NCBI GenBank assembly: GCA_964569085.1
Contig: CAZMTA010000009.1
Location: 52,389 to 116,388 of the forward strand
DNA: 64,000 nt
Direction: 5' to 3'
Origin: an uncultured Gemmatimonadaceae bacterium
GTDB lineage: Bacteria; Gemmatimonadota; Gemmatimonadetes; Longimicrobiales; Gaopeijiaceae
This document shows, one piece after another, positions 9,405 to 19,328 of the stretch. The position numbers and the translations under genes were made by a program. Position 1 is the first letter of the stretch. Each line of letters starts with the position of its first letter. Below the pieces are notes generated by a model that saw only the letters and a list, made by a program, of their open reading frames with translations, was not told where the DNA came from and did not search any database.

Positions 9405-10966
9405 TGGAGCACGGACACGAGGGGCACGACCGGATCCTGATCCTGGACTTCGGATCCCAGTTCACCCAGCTCATCGCCCGGCGCATCCGGGAGGAGCGGG
9501 TCTACTCCGAGATCCACCCCGCCGGCCGCGACCTGGAGTGGATCCGGGAGTGGAATCCCACGGGGATCATCCTCTCGGGCGGGCCGTCGTCGGTGTACGA
9601 CGACGGGGTGCCCACCGCGGACGCGGAGCTCCTGCGCAGCGGCATCCCCATCCTGGGCATCTGCTACGGGATGCAGCTCATCGCCCACCTGGAGGGTGGG
9701 CGCGTCCATCACGGCAAGCGGGAGTACGGCCGCGCCGAGCTGGAGCTCGACGCCGAGGGGGAGGGGCTCTTCCAGGGGTTCCACGTGGGCGAGCCCACCA
9801 CCGTCTGGTGCTCCCACGGGGACCACGTGGACGAGCCGCCCGAGGGATACGAGCGGGTGGCGTCCACCGCCTCGCTGCCCATGGCGGCCTTCCGCGCCGT
9901 GGACCGGCCCATCTGGGGCGTGCAGTTCCACCCCGAGGTGGCCCACACGAGCCGCGGGGACGAGATCCTCTCGAACTTCCTCTTCGAGGTGTGCGGCTGC
10001 CGGCCGACGTGGACCGCCGGCGCCTTCATCGAGGAGACGGTGGAGCGGATCCGCGAGCAGGTGGGAGACGGCACGGCCATCTGCGGGCTGAGCGGCGGCG
10101 TGGACTCCTCGGTGGCCGCCGTGCTGGTGCACCGCGCCATCGGCGACCGGCTGACGTGCATCTTCGTCGACCACGGGCTCATGCGGAAGCACGAGCGGGA
10201 GCAGGTGGAGCGGATGTTCCGCTCCCACTACGACATGAACCTGGTGGTGGAGCGGGCCGAGGAGCTCTTCCTGGGCCGTCTGGAAGGCGTCACCGAGCCC
10301 GAGAAGAAGCGGACGATCATCGGGAACACCTTCATCGAGGTGTTCGACGAGACCGCGTCCCGGGAAGGCACGGACGCCCGCTTCCTCGTCCAGGGGACCC
10401 TCTACCCCGACGTCATCGAGTCCCACTCCGCGGGCGGGCCCTCGGTGACGATCAAGACCCACCACAACGTGGGCGGCCTCCCCGAGGACATGCCCTTCGA
10501 CCTGGTGGAGCCCCTGCGGGACCTCTTCAAGGACGAGGTCCGCCAGGTGGGGCGGGAGCTGGGCCTCCCGGAGGAGTTCGTGGGGCGCCATCCCTTCCCG
10601 GGGCCGGGGCTCGCGATCCGCATCCTGGGCGAGATCACCGCGGAGCGGCTCCAGATCCTGCGGGACGCCGACGCCATCTACCTGGAGGAGATCCGGGAGG
10701 CCGGGCTCTACGACGAGATCTGGCAGGCCTTCGCGGTGCTGCTGCCGGTGCGCTCCGTGGGCGTCATGGGCGACGCCCGGACCTACGAGCACGTCCTGGC
10801 GCTGCGGGCGGTGACGTCCCGGGACGGCATGACCGCGGACTGGTACCCCTTCCCCCACGACGTCCTGGGCCGGATCTCCACCCGCATCATCAACGAGGTG
10901 CGGGGGATCAACCGGGTCACCTACGACGTGAGCTCCAAGCCCCCCGCCACCATCGAGTGGGAGTAG
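9404..10966 (+). CDS. guaA: GMP synthase (glutamine-hydrolysing)
   Basis: The ATG overlaps the proS TGA by 1 nt (TGATG). GATase motif GICYGMQ and ATP-PPase P-loop SGGVDSS are present. The C-terminus KPPATIEWE is conserved. Confidence 0.95.
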   Translation: MEHGHEGHDRILILDFGSQFTQLIARRIREERVYSEIHPAGRDLEWIREWNPTGIILSGGPSSVYDDGVPTADAELLRSGIPILGICYGMQLIAHLEGGRVHHGKREYGRAELELDAEGEGLFQGFHVGEPTTVWCSHGDHVDEPPEGYERVASTASLPMAAFRAVDRPIWGVQFHPEVAHTSRGDEILSNFLFEVCGCRPTWTAGAFIEETVERIREQVGDGTAICGLSGGVDSSVAAVLVHRAIGDRLTCIFVDHGLMRKHEREQVERMFRSHYDMNLVVERAEELFLGRLEGVTEPEKKRTIIGNTFIEVFDETASREGTDARFLVQGTLYPDVIESHSAGGPSVTIKTHHNVGGLPEDMPFDLVEPLRDLFKDEVRQVGRELGLPEEFVGRHPFPGPGLAIRILGEITAERLQILRDADAIYLEEIREAGLYDEIWQAFAVLLPVRSVGVMGDARTYEHVLALRAVTSRDGMTADWYPFPHDVLGRISTRIINEVRGINRVTYDVSSKPPATIEWE

Positions 10967-10979
10967 CCCCTCCGGGCCG

Positions 10980-11399
10980 CTAGCGACCGGTCGGGACGAT
11001 CCGGTCCGGCGGCCCCTGGGCGGGGGGGAGGCTGTCCCGGTGGACCCGGCGGGCCTCCAGGCGGCGGGCGACCTCGTCCCATACGGCCTGCATGAAGCGC
11101 ACGTCGTCCCCCCGGGCCTCGACGAACCCCACCAGCTCCTCCTCGGTCGTCCCCTGGGCCTCCAGGACGGCGGCCCGCGCAGAGTCGGTGAGCTCCTGGC
11201 CCGGGGCCAGGAGCGCGGCTTCCCGGAGCGCCACGTAGGTCGCGATGAAGGCCTCCGTCTCCGGCGCCGCCACCTGGGATTCCGGGCCGGCGCCGTCGTC
11301 GCCGCAGGCGGCGACGAGGAGGACGAGGAGGAGCGCCGCCAGGCGGCGAGCGCGGGCGGGGCGGGAAGGGCGCGGGGCGCCGGGGGAGGGGTCGGGCAT
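10980..11399 (-). CDS. Hypothetical lipoprotein (139 aa)
   Basis: This is the last 139 codons of the 1074-aa track ORF, and only this part has normal composition. ATG at 11399. Signal peptide plus lipobox is LLVLLVAAC. No family recognised. Confidence 0.55.
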   Translation of the reverse strand: MPDPSPGAPRPSRPARARRLAALLLVLLVAACGDDGAGPESQVAAPETEAFIATYVALREAALLAPGQELTDSARAAVLEAQGTTEEELVGFVEARGDDVRFMQAVWDEVARRLEARRVHRDSLPPAQGPPDRIVPTGR

Positions 11400-11416
11400 G
11401 GCGGAGGGGCGGGCGG

Positions 11417-13981
11417 TCAGCGATCCGAGACGGAGTAGATATCCCGTCCGGGCTCCAGGGGGTCCAGGAGCTCCGTGAACCCGTCGGGACCCACCCGGCG
11501 GCAGATCGAGTCGAAGGCCGCCACGATCTCGGGGTCGAACTGGGTGCCGCGGCAGCGGCGGATCTCGTCGATGACGTCCCCCACCGGGTGCGCGTCCTTG
11601 TAGGGCCGGTTGTGGGAGAGGACGTCGAAGGTGTCCGCCACCGAGACCACCCGCGCGGCGATGGGGATCTCCTCGCCGGCGAGGCCCTGGGGATACCCCC
11701 CGCCGTCCCAGTGTTCGTGATGGGAGAGGGCGATCTGGGCCGCCACCCGGAGGATCTGGTGGTGTCCGCCTCCGAGGATCTCCTCGCCGATGAGGGTGTG
11801 GGTCTTCATGAGCTCGAACTCGGACGGCGTGAGGCGCCCGGGCTTGCGGAGCACCGCGTCGGGGATCCCGATCTTCCCGATGTCGTGGAGCGGGGCCGTG
11901 CGCCGGATGATGTCCACCTCCCGGTGCGGGAAGCCGAGCTCCGCGGCCAGGAGCGACGACAGGAGGCCCACCCGCTCGGCGTGGCGTCCCGTGACGTCGT
12001 CCCGGTATTCGGCCGCCCGTGCCAGGCGGTGGAGGATCTCGGTGCGCGTGTCGGCGAGCTCCGCGGTGCGCTCCCGGACCCGGTCCTCCATCTCGTCCCG
12101 CTGACGGGCCACGCGCTGGTTGAGGAAGCGGGTCTCGAGGAGGTTGTTCACGCGGGCCCGGGCCTCCGCCACGTCGAACGGCTTGCGCAGGAAGTCGTGG
12201 GCCCCGGCGTCCAGGGCCCGCCGGCGCAGCGCGGGATCGTCGTCCCCCGTGAGGATGAGGACCGGAAGGTACTCCCCCTCGCCCAGGTGCTCCGGGAGCC
12301 CTTCGAGGACCTGGAAGCCGTCGAGGCCGGGCATGTGGAGATCCAGGATCAGGAGGTCCACCTCCTCGTTGTCCACCACCTGGAAGACCTGGGTGGGGTC
12401 GGTCAGGCCCAGCGGCTCGGGGTAGCCCGCGCGGGAGAGGAGCTTCTGGAGGGCCCGCACCACCGACTCCTCGTCGTCCACCAGGAGGATGCGGCCGCGG
12501 CGGCCCTGGTCCCTGCGCGTCCGCGCCATCCCCTCGGAGGCGGGGCGGTACGCGCCCGTGCCCGGGGCGGGGGTCGTGGAGGGAGCGGCCGCCGCGTCCT
12601 CGCCGAGGGGCGCGGTGGACCCGCCGACGTCCCCGCCGGGGCCGTCCTCCTCCGGGTCCGGTCCGCCCAGGACCGTGCGCAGCGCCCGCTCGAGCTCCCG
12701 GGCCTCCAGCGGCTTGGCCAGGAAGGTGCTCCGGGCGCCGGGCGACCCGCCCCAGTACACCTCCTCCTGGGGGTACCCCGACACGTAGAGGGCGGGGATG
12801 TCCGGAATCACGCGCGAGGCCAGGTCCACCAGGGTGAACCCGCTCATCTGGGGCATGATGACGTCGGTGACGATGACGTGGGGCGGCTCCCCCTCGGTGA
12901 GCCGCTGGATGGCGGTGCGGGGCTCGCTGACCGGATCGACCTCGCACCCCAGGCGCTCCAGCAGCCGGGTCGTCGCGTCCAGGACGACGGGATCGTCGTC
13001 CACCAGGAGGACCCGGAGGCCCTCGGGGCCCGTGGGGCGGGGCTGGCTGGACTCCGACCGGCCGCCCGGAAGCCCGTTCGCCACCAGGCGCCCCGCCATG
13101 GGCTGGTCGGCGCGGTGGATCCGGTCCCGGCCGAGGCGCTTGGCCTGGTAGAGGGCCCGGTCCGCCGCCGCCAGGAGGACCTCCGGCGAGCCCATGCCCT
13201 CCTCCCGGGCGCTCACCCCGGCCGACGCCGTCACGTGCCCCCAGCCGAAGTCGATCGCCGCCAGCATGCCCCGGATCTCCTCCGCCACCCGGGCCGCCTC
13301 GTCCATGGGGCAGTCGGAGAGGATCGTGACGAACTCCTCGCCCCCCCACCGGGCCGAGACGTCCATGCGACGGGTCCGTCGAATCAGGATGTCGGCGAAG
13401 GCCTTGAGGACCCGGTCCCCCTCGGCGTGCCCGTGGCGGTCGTTGACCCGCTTGAAGTGGTCCAGGTCGAAGAAGATGACCGCCAGGTGCCCGCCCCGGA
13501 TCGCCCGGGCCCAGGCCACGTCCAGCACGACGGAGGCGTGGCGTCGGTTCGGGAGCCCGGTGAGGGGATCGCTGAGCGCGGCCTGCTCGGCCCGGGAGCG
13601 CTCGGCGTGCAGGGTCTCGGCCATCCAGCCGGCACCCAGGGAGACGGCGAGGAGCACGGCGACGACGGCCAGGAGCACTTCCCAGGGCGGCGTCTCCAGG
13701 TCCAGCACCAGGATCTCCACCTGGGTGAGGGCCAGCGTGGCCATGGCGCCGGCCAGCGCCAGGGAGGCCCCGTGCCATCCCCGGTAGTAGGCCAGGAGGA
13801 AGGCGGGAAGGACGGCCGGCAGCCACACCAGGAGGGCTCCGTCCCGGGACATCCACTCCGGCACGGCCAGCCCCGCCGCCAGGGGTACGGCCAGGGCCAG
13901 CACGGACAGGACCAGCGCCCTCGGCGGGACCGAGGCCGGTCGGTCGGTGCTGGACTCCTGCTGGGCGGTGGGGAGAGTCAA
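11417..13981 (-). CDS. Composite c-di-GMP signalling protein: 4-TM N-terminus, GGDEF, REC, REC, HD-GYP
   Basis: This is the 3' part of the 1688-aa track ORF. GGEEF is preceded by an RxxD I-site (RRMD). Two receiver domains are present (LLVDDD...VTDVIMPQMSG...LAKP and LLVDDEE...LILDLHMPGLDG...LRKP). HD-GYP motifs are HDIGKIGIP and HHEHWDGGGYPQGL. The start is unresolved: TTG 13981 is used here, with alternatives ATG 14146 and ATG 13852. Confidence 0.8.
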   Translation of the reverse strand: MTLPTAQQESSTDRPASVPPRALVLSVLALAVPLAAGLAVPEWMSRDGALLVWLPAVLPAFLLAYYRGWHGASLALAGAMATLALTQVEILVLDLETPPWEVLLAVVAVLLAVSLGAGWMAETLHAERSRAEQAALSDPLTGLPNRRHASVVLDVAWARAIRGGHLAVIFFDLDHFKRVNDRHGHAEGDRVLKAFADILIRRTRRMDVSARWGGEEFVTILSDCPMDEAARVAEEIRGMLAAIDFGWGHVTASAGVSAREEGMGSPEVLLAAADRALYQAKRLGRDRIHRADQPMAGRLVANGLPGGRSESSQPRPTGPEGLRVLLVDDDPVVLDATTRLLERLGCEVDPVSEPRTAIQRLTEGEPPHVIVTDVIMPQMSGFTLVDLASRVIPDIPALYVSGYPQEEVYWGGSPGARSTFLAKPLEARELERALRTVLGGPDPEEDGPGGDVGGSTAPLGEDAAAAPSTTPAPGTGAYRPASEGMARTRRDQGRRGRILLVDDEESVVRALQKLLSRAGYPEPLGLTDPTQVFQVVDNEEVDLLILDLHMPGLDGFQVLEGLPEHLGEGEYLPVLILTGDDDPALRRRALDAGAHDFLRKPFDVAEARARVNNLLETRFLNQRVARQRDEMEDRVRERTAELADTRTEILHRLARAAEYRDDVTGRHAERVGLLSSLLAAELGFPHREVDIIRRTAPLHDIGKIGIPDAVLRKPGRLTPSEFELMKTHTLIGEEILGGGHHQILRVAAQIALSHHEHWDGGGYPQGLAGEEIPIAARVVSVADTFDVLSHNRPYKDAHPVGDVIDEIRRCRGTQFDPEIVAAFDSICRRVGPDGFTELLDPLEPGRDIYSVSDR

Positions 13982-14218
13982 AGTGGCATGTCCGGGCCGG
14001 GACGGAGGGGGGTGCCGCAAATTCGCGGGGGCGGGCCCTGCGTACAAGCACGCCTCGACTCGAGCCCCGGCCGGGCTCGGAGCGGGGGCACCGGGCGGGA
14101 GGCCCCCCGGCGGGCCCCCCGTTGGCCCGGATCTTGAGTGGCTCATGAGGGTGGAAGGGTCCCCGCCTGTCACGATGGCAGGTCGGGCCCAGGAACCAAG
14201 ACACGAGCCCGGAGAAGC

Positions 14219-16861
14219 ATGCTCAACGCCGATCGACTGACCGTGAAGGCCGCCGAAGCCCTCCAGGCCGCCGGCGCCGAGGCGCGGCGCCGCCGGAACC
14301 CCGAGGTGCACGGCGTCCATCTCCTGGACGCCCTCCTCTCCCAGGAGGAGGGGATCGTCCGCCCCGTCCTCCAGAAGCTCGAGGTGGCGCCGGGGCTCAT
14401 CCAGAGCCGGGCCCGGGAAGCCATGGACCGCATGGCCCGGGTGGAAGGGGGCGCCGACCCCACGCTGTCCCGGGATCTCCGCACCGCCCTCGAGGGGGCG
14501 GAGGCCATGGCCCGGGAGCTGGGGGACGAGTACGTCTCGACCGAGCACCTCCTCCTGGGGCTCACCTCGGAGAAGAACGACGCCGGGCGGATCCTCCGGG
14601 ACGCCGGCGCCACCCTCTCCGAGCTCCAGAGCGCCCTGGAGGGGGTCCGGGGCTCCCACCGGGTCCTGGACCAGAACCCCGAGGACTCCTACCAGGCGCT
14701 GGACCGCTACAGCCGCGACCTCACGGCCCAGGCCCGCCAGGGGAAGCTCGACCCGGTGATCGGGCGGGACGAGGAGATCCGCCGTGTGATCAAGGTCCTG
14801 GCGCGGCGCACCAAGAACAATCCGGTCCTCATCGGCGAGCCCGGGGTGGGGAAGACCGCCATCGTGGAGGGGCTGGCCCAGCGCATGGTCGCGGGGGACG
14901 TGCCCACGTCGCTGGCCGACAAGAAGCTCCTGGAGCTGGACATCTCCGCCATGCTGGCCGGGGCCAAGTACCGGGGCGAGTTCGAGGAGCGGATGAAGGC
15001 GGTGCTCAAGGAGATCACCGAGGCGGAGGGCCGCTACGTGATCTTCATCGACGAGATGCACACCATCGTGGGCGCCGGCGCGGCCGAGGGCGCCGTGGAC
15101 GCCGGGAACATGCTGAAGCCCGCCCTGGCCCGGGGGGAGCTGCACGTGGTGGGCGCCACCACCCTCGACGAGTATCGGAAGCACATCGAGAAGGACCCGG
15201 CGCTGGAGCGGCGCTTCCAGCCCGTCTTCGTGGCGCCGCCGTCCGTGGAGGACGCCATCGCCATCCTGCGGGGGCTGAAGGAGCGCTACGAGGTGCACCA
15301 CGGGGTGCGCATCACCGACGACGCCATCGTGGCCGCGGCCAAGCTCAGCGACCGCTACATCGGCGGCCGCTTCCTCCCGGACAAGGCCATCGACCTCATC
15401 GACGAGGCCGGCTCCCGGCTGCGGATCGAGATCGACTCCCTCCCCCAGGAGATCGACGAGGTGGAGCGGCGCATCACCCAGCTCGAGATCGAGCGGGCCG
15501 CCCTCCAGAAGGAGACGGAGGGGCCGGCGCTGGAGCGCCGCGAGGCCATCGAGGAGGAGCTGGCCGAGCTCCGGGAGGAGAGCCAGGGGATGAAGGCCGC
15601 CTGGCAGGCCGAGAAGGAGACCATCGACCGGATCCAGGGGCTCCGCAGCCGCATCGACGAGCTGCGGGTGGAGGCGGACCGGGCCACCCGCACCGGCGAG
15701 CTGGAGCGGGCCGCCGAGATCAACTACGGCGAGATCCCCCAGGCCGAGGAGGAGGTCGCCCGCCTCGCCGAGCGGCTGGAGGAGCTCCAGGAGGAGAAGA
15801 CCTACCTCAAGGAGGAGGTGGAGCCCGACGACATCGCCGCCGTGGTGGGGGAGTGGACGGGCATCCCGGTCAGCAAGCTGCTGGCCTCGGAGCGGCAGCG
15901 CCTGACCGAGCTGGAGGACCACCTGGCCCTCCGGGTCGTGGGGCAGCGCGAGGCCGTCACCGCCGTGGCCAACGCCGTCCGCCGGGCCCGGGCGGGGCTC
16001 CAGGACCCGGACCGTCCCGTGGGCTCGTTCATCTTCCTGGGCCCCACGGGCGTCGGGAAGACCGAGACGGCCCGGGCGCTGGCCGAGTTCCTCTTCGACG
16101 ACGAGCGGGCCATGGTCCGCATCGACATGTCGGAGTACATGGAGAAGCACGCCGTGGCGCGCCTCATCGGGGCGCCTCCGGGCTACGTGGGCTTCGAGGA
16201 GGGCGGCCAGCTCACCGAGGCGGTGCGCCGGCGTCCCCACGCGGTGATCCTCTTCGACGAGATCGAGAAGGCGCACCCCGAGGTCTTCAACGTGCTCCTC
16301 CAGATCCTGGACGACGGACGCCTGACCGACGCCCAGGGCCGGACCGTCGACTTCCGCAACGCCGTGGTCATCATGACCTCGAACATCGGAAGCCAGCGGA
16401 TCCTGGAGGCCCGGGGGGAGGACGCCGCCGGGGACGCCTGGGACGAGGTCGCCGAGAACGTGCGGGGCGAGCTCCACCACCACTTCCGCCCCGAGTTCCT
16501 GAACCGGGTGGACGACATCGTGGTCTTCCGGCCCCTGGGGCAGGAGGAGCTCCGGCGCATCGTGGACCTCCAGCTCGAGCGGGTGAAGCGCCTGACCGAC
16601 GAGCAGGGCGTCGTCCTGGACGTGACCCCGGCGGCCCGGGACTTCCTGGCCCGGGAGGGCTACGATCCCGTCTTCGGGGCCCGGCCGGTCAAGCGCGCCA
16701 TCCAGCGCTCCGTGCAGAACCCGCTGGCGCTCTTCCTCCTGGACGAGGAGGTGCCCGAAGGCACGCGCATCGTGGTGGAGCCGGACGGGGCGGGGGCCCT
16801 GTCCTTCCGTGCGGTGGCGCCGGGAGCCGGCGGCGATGGCGCCGAGGAGGACGGCGCCTGA
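14219..16861 (+). CDS. clpB: ATP-dependent chaperone / disaggregase ClpB
   Basis: ATG at 14219 is preceded by GGAGAAGC. The product has a Clp N-domain, two AAA+ modules (GEPGVGKT and GPTGVGKT) and a long middle coiled coil. Confidence 0.95.
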   Translation: MLNADRLTVKAAEALQAAGAEARRRRNPEVHGVHLLDALLSQEEGIVRPVLQKLEVAPGLIQSRAREAMDRMARVEGGADPTLSRDLRTALEGAEAMARELGDEYVSTEHLLLGLTSEKNDAGRILRDAGATLSELQSALEGVRGSHRVLDQNPEDSYQALDRYSRDLTAQARQGKLDPVIGRDEEIRRVIKVLARRTKNNPVLIGEPGVGKTAIVEGLAQRMVAGDVPTSLADKKLLELDISAMLAGAKYRGEFEERMKAVLKEITEAEGRYVIFIDEMHTIVGAGAAEGAVDAGNMLKPALARGELHVVGATTLDEYRKHIEKDPALERRFQPVFVAPPSVEDAIAILRGLKERYEVHHGVRITDDAIVAAAKLSDRYIGGRFLPDKAIDLIDEAGSRLRIEIDSLPQEIDEVERRITQLEIERAALQKETEGPALERREAIEEELAELREESQGMKAAWQAEKETIDRIQGLRSRIDELRVEADRATRTGELERAAEINYGEIPQAEEEVARLAERLEELQEEKTYLKEEVEPDDIAAVVGEWTGIPVSKLLASERQRLTELEDHLALRVVGQREAVTAVANAVRRARAGLQDPDRPVGSFIFLGPTGVGKTETARALAEFLFDDERAMVRIDMSEYMEKHAVARLIGAPPGYVGFEEGGQLTEAVRRRPHAVILFDEIEKAHPEVFNVLLQILDDGRLTDAQGRTVDFRNAVVIMTSNIGSQRILEARGEDAAGDAWDEVAENVRGELHHHFRPEFLNRVDDIVVFRPLGQEELRRIVDLQLERVKRLTDEQGVVLDVTPAARDFLAREGYDPVFGARPVKRAIQRSVQNPLALFLLDEEVPEGTRIVVEPDGAGALSFRAVAPGAGGDGAEEDGA

Positions 16862-16888
16862 CGCGCCCGGCGCCGCGCGGGCTTTCTC

Positions 16889-16921
16889 GACGCCTCCGAA
16901 TTGCCGACATTCGGAGGCGTC
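16889..16921 (+). terminator. Perfect 13-bp hairpin GACGCCTCCGAAT / ATTCGGAGGCGTC with a 7-nt loop, after clpB; no U-tract
   Basis: The inverted repeat was read directly, 28 nt after the clpB stop. Confidence 0.6.
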
Positions 16922-16953
16922 GCTCCTTCCCGCCCACGTCCGGACCCGCGCCC

Positions 16954-17484
16954 ATGCTCCGACCCCGATCCGTCCGCCCCGTGGTGGGCGCCGCCCTGGT
17001 GGCCGCCCTCCTGGCCGCCACGGCGTGCAGCACCACCGTGGTCCGGCCCGCCGCCGCCGCCGCGGTCGCGCCGCAGCTGACGGTGGAGCGGTTCCTCCAG
17101 GCGGCCAACGACCGGGACCTGGAGTCCATGAGTCGCCTGTTCGGCACGGCGTCGGGCCCCATCGGCGACACCGGGTCGACCTTCGGCTGCTTCTGGAAGA
17201 AGATCGGCTCGTGGTTCGGGGGGAACGACTGCGTGACCCGGCAGGAGGTCGAGGTTCGCCTCGACGCCATCGCCCGGGTGCTCCAGCACCGGGACTACGT
17301 CATCCGGAACGAGGAGCGCGTGGCGGGTCGGCGCGCCCCCACCCGGCGGGTCTTCGTCGACATCACGCTGGACGAGGGGGAGCGGGTGACCGCGGTCCCC
17401 TTCGTCGTGGTGCAGGGATCCGAGCAGCGCTGGTACGTGGAGCAGGTGGACCTGGAACGCATCATGTCGGCCGGAGGAGTGTAG
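16954..17484 (+). CDS. Hypothetical lipoprotein (176 aa)
   Basis: ATG at 16954. Signal peptide plus lipobox is ALLAATAC. Amino-acid composition is normal. No family recognised. Confidence 0.6.
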   Translation: MLRPRSVRPVVGAALVAALLAATACSTTVVRPAAAAAVAPQLTVERFLQAANDRDLESMSRLFGTASGPIGDTGSTFGCFWKKIGSWFGGNDCVTRQEVEVRLDAIARVLQHRDYVIRNEERVAGRRAPTRRVFVDITLDEGERVTAVPFVVVQGSEQRWYVEQVDLERIMSAGGV

Positions 17485-17525
17485 ACGAGGGCAGGGAACG
17501 CAGGCGGTGGAGCCTGGTACGCCCC

Positions 17526-17936
17526 CTACTCCGGGTGCTGCACCAGCTCCACGAGGACCCCCCCGGTGCTCCGGGGGTGCAGGAAGGCCACGAGGTGGCC
17601 CCGGGCCCCGGGACGCGGGGTGGTGTCGATGAGCTCGACGCCCGCGTCCGCGAGACGGGCCAGGTCGGCCTCGATGTCCTCCGAGCGGTACGCGACGTGG
17701 TGCAGGCCCGGCCCGCGCCGCTCGAGGAAGCGGCCCACGGTGGTGTCGGGGCCCAGGGGCTCGAGGAGCTCCACGGGCCCGCAGAAGGCCACACGGACGC
17801 CCTGGGATTCCAGCGTTTCGGCGCGGGAACAGGGGGCGCCCGACACGAGTTCGAAGACACGGCGCCCTTCGTCCAGCGAAGGTACGGCCACGGCCACGTG
17901 ATCCAGCGGCCGGGGCTCGTCGAAGAGATCATTCAT
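17526..17936 (-). CDS. mce: Methylmalonyl-CoA epimerase (VOC/glyoxalase fold)
   Basis: The 136-aa product contains LDHVAVAVPSLDEG, ELLEPLGPDTTVGRFLERRGPGLHHVAY and GVLVELVQ, all typical of MCE. Confidence 0.8.
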   Translation of the reverse strand: MNDLFDEPRPLDHVAVAVPSLDEGRRVFELVSGAPCSRAETLESQGVRVAFCGPVELLEPLGPDTTVGRFLERRGPGLHHVAYRSEDIEADLARLADAGVELIDTTPRPGARGHLVAFLHPRSTGGVLVELVQHPE

Positions 17937-18017
17937 GAGCAGACCGGGGCTCGAGCGGTTCCGGATGCGAAGGCGGCGGATCGTAGGGTCCGGCGCCATC
18001 AGGGACAAGGAGACGAC

Positions 18018-18356
18018 ATGGCGACGAGCGAGACGATTCTCGAGGTCAACGACGAGAACTTCGCCGAGGAGGTCGAGGAGAACGAGGGACTCTCCATGGT
18101 GGACTTCTGGGCCACCTGGTGCGGCCCGTGCCGCATCGTGGCGCCGGTGGTGGAGGAGCTCGCCGACGAGTACCATAAGAAGGGGCTGAAGGTGGGGAAG
18201 CTCGACGTGGACTCGAGCCCGTCGGTCTCGGCCAAGTACGGGATCCGCTCCATCCCCAGCATCCTCTTCTTCAAGAACGGAGAGGTGGTGGACAAGGTCA
18301 TCGGCGCGGTGCCGCGTCAGCACCTCGAGGAGAAGATCCAGAAGCACCTGGGCTGA
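18018..18356 (+). CDS. trxA: Thioredoxin
   Basis: The 112-aa product has the WCGPC active site. AAGGAGA lies upstream of the ATG. Confidence 0.93.
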   Translation: MATSETILEVNDENFAEEVEENEGLSMVDFWATWCGPCRIVAPVVEELADEYHKKGLKVGKLDVDSSPSVSAKYGIRSIPSILFFKNGEVVDKVIGAVPRQHLEEKIQKHLG

Positions 18357-18377
18357 GGTCCCGCCCGAGAGACGAAC

Positions 18378-18410
18378 GGAGGCCGGGGGCGCGCCGCGCC
18401 CCCGGCCTCC
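18378..18410 (+). terminator. Perfect 15-bp GC hairpin GGAGGCCGGGGGCGC / GCGCCCCCGGCCTCC with a 3-nt loop, after trxA; no U-tract
   Basis: The inverted repeat was read directly. It ends 2 nt before the rsmI start codon. Confidence 0.55.
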
Positions 18411-18412
18411 GC

Positions 18413-19273
18413 GTGCATCCGCCCCAGCCCCGCACCGTCGTGGCCACCCTCTACCTCGTCAGCACGCCCATCGGCAACCTGGACGACCTGACGGTCCGGG
18501 CGGCCGAGGTGCTCCGGTCCGCCGACCGGATCCTGGCCGAGGACACCCGACGGACGAGGATCCTGGCGGACCACGTGGGCGCGGGGGCCCCGCTGGTGTC
18601 GCTCCACGCCCACAACGAGGCGGAGCGGACGGAGCGGGTCCTGGCCTGGCTCGACGCAGGGGAGGAGCTGGCGCTCGTGTCCGACGCCGGCACCCCGCTG
18701 GTGTCCGACCCCGGCGGACGGGTGGTGGACGCCGTCGCCGAAGCCGGGCACGCCGTGGTGCCCGTCCCCGGCCCCTCGGCGGTCCTGGCGGCGTTGGTGG
18801 CGTCGGGGCTCCCCTCGGAGCGCTTCGTCTTCCTGGGCTTCCCGCCGCGGAAGGGCGGGGAGCGCACCGCCCTCCTGAACCGGGTGGCCACCTCGGAGGA
18901 GACGTCCGTCCTCTTCGAGTCGCCGAACCGGCTGGTGCGCCTGCTGGAGGAGCTGGAGGAGGTGTGCGGGCCGGAGCGGCGGGTCTCGGTGGCCCGGGAG
19001 CTCACCAAGATCCACGAGGAGTTCGTGCGGGGAACCTTGCCCGTGGCGCGCCGCTACTACCAGGAGCAGCCCCCCCGCGGCGAGGTCACGCTGGTGGTGG
19101 CGCCCCGGGACAACGCTCCGGCGGATCCGCGGGTCCTGGAAGAGGACGCGCGGGTGCTCGCCCGCGCCCTCCTGGACGAGGGGGGGCGGCCCAGCGGCGT
19201 GGCCCGCGAGGTGGCGCGCCGTCTCGGCCTCCCGAAGAACACCGCCTACCGCATCGTCCACGAGCTCGAGTGA
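18413..19273 (+). CDS. rsmI: 16S rRNA (cytidine1402-2'-O)-methyltransferase
   Basis: The tetrapyrrole-methylase-fold N-terminus is LYLVSTPIGNLDDLTVRAAEVLRSADRILAEDTRRT. SDAGTPLVSDPG is also present. Confidence 0.88.
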   Translation: MHPPQPRTVVATLYLVSTPIGNLDDLTVRAAEVLRSADRILAEDTRRTRILADHVGAGAPLVSLHAHNEAERTERVLAWLDAGEELALVSDAGTPLVSDPGGRVVDAVAEAGHAVVPVPGPSAVLAALVASGLPSERFVFLGFPPRKGGERTALLNRVATSEETSVLFESPNRLVRLLEELEEVCGPERRVSVARELTKIHEEFVRGTLPVARRYYQEQPPRGEVTLVVAPRDNAPADPRVLEEDARVLARALLDEGGRPSGVAREVARRLGLPKNTAYRIVHELE

Positions 19274-19328
19274 CCGACCCGTCGTCCCGCCCTCCCGCAC
19301 CGCCCTCCACCCCGGCCGCGCCCACTCC

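Noticed and set aside
12527-12700. Splitting the c-di-GMP protein into two genes (GGDEF-REC and REC-HD-GYP).
   Set aside because: There is no in-frame stop anywhere between the first REC and the second. The only candidate internal start (ATG 12529) has a GAGGGG directly abutting it, which is poor SD spacing. I kept it as a single CDS and noted a possible internal product.
11588-14137. Many very long ORFs on the opposite strand or in alternate frames of real genes. Examples are 869-2704(-), 5850-7451(-), 7878-9377(-), 11588-14137(+), 23898-26450(-), 26378-29320(-), 32172-36470(-), 53485-56001(-) and 56153-59260(+). The 5' parts of 20080-25251, 25259-29179 and 34340-38212 belong to the same group.
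   Set aside because: These are shadow ORFs expected in very GC-rich DNA, where stop codons are rare. Their translations are dominated by R/G/P/A/H with almost no K/I/F/Y/N and contain no recognisable motifs. In every case the overlapping frame encodes a protein with clear family motifs.
14100-14218. Heat-shock control elements upstream of clpB (HAIR CTTGAGT-N7-ACTCAAG, CIRCE, or a sigma32 promoter).
   Set aside because: CTTGAGT is present at 14133-14139, but the partner half-site 7 nt downstream reads GAGGGTG, not ACTCAAG. No CIRCE-like TTAGCACTC is present. The CTTGAG to CCCCGCCT distance is 21 nt, too long for a sigma32 promoter.
13982-16483. The upstream 830 codons of the 1688-aa minus-strand ORF, and the 55-codon N-terminal extension to ATG 14146, as part of the GGDEF/HD-GYP protein.
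   Set aside because: The stretch from 14219 to 16483 is antisense to clpB. The 13982-14146 stretch translates to P/G/A-rich sequence with no TM or domain, and using it would leave only 72 bp for the divergent clpB promoter. The exact start (13981 TTG, 14146 ATG or 13852 ATG) remains uncertain.
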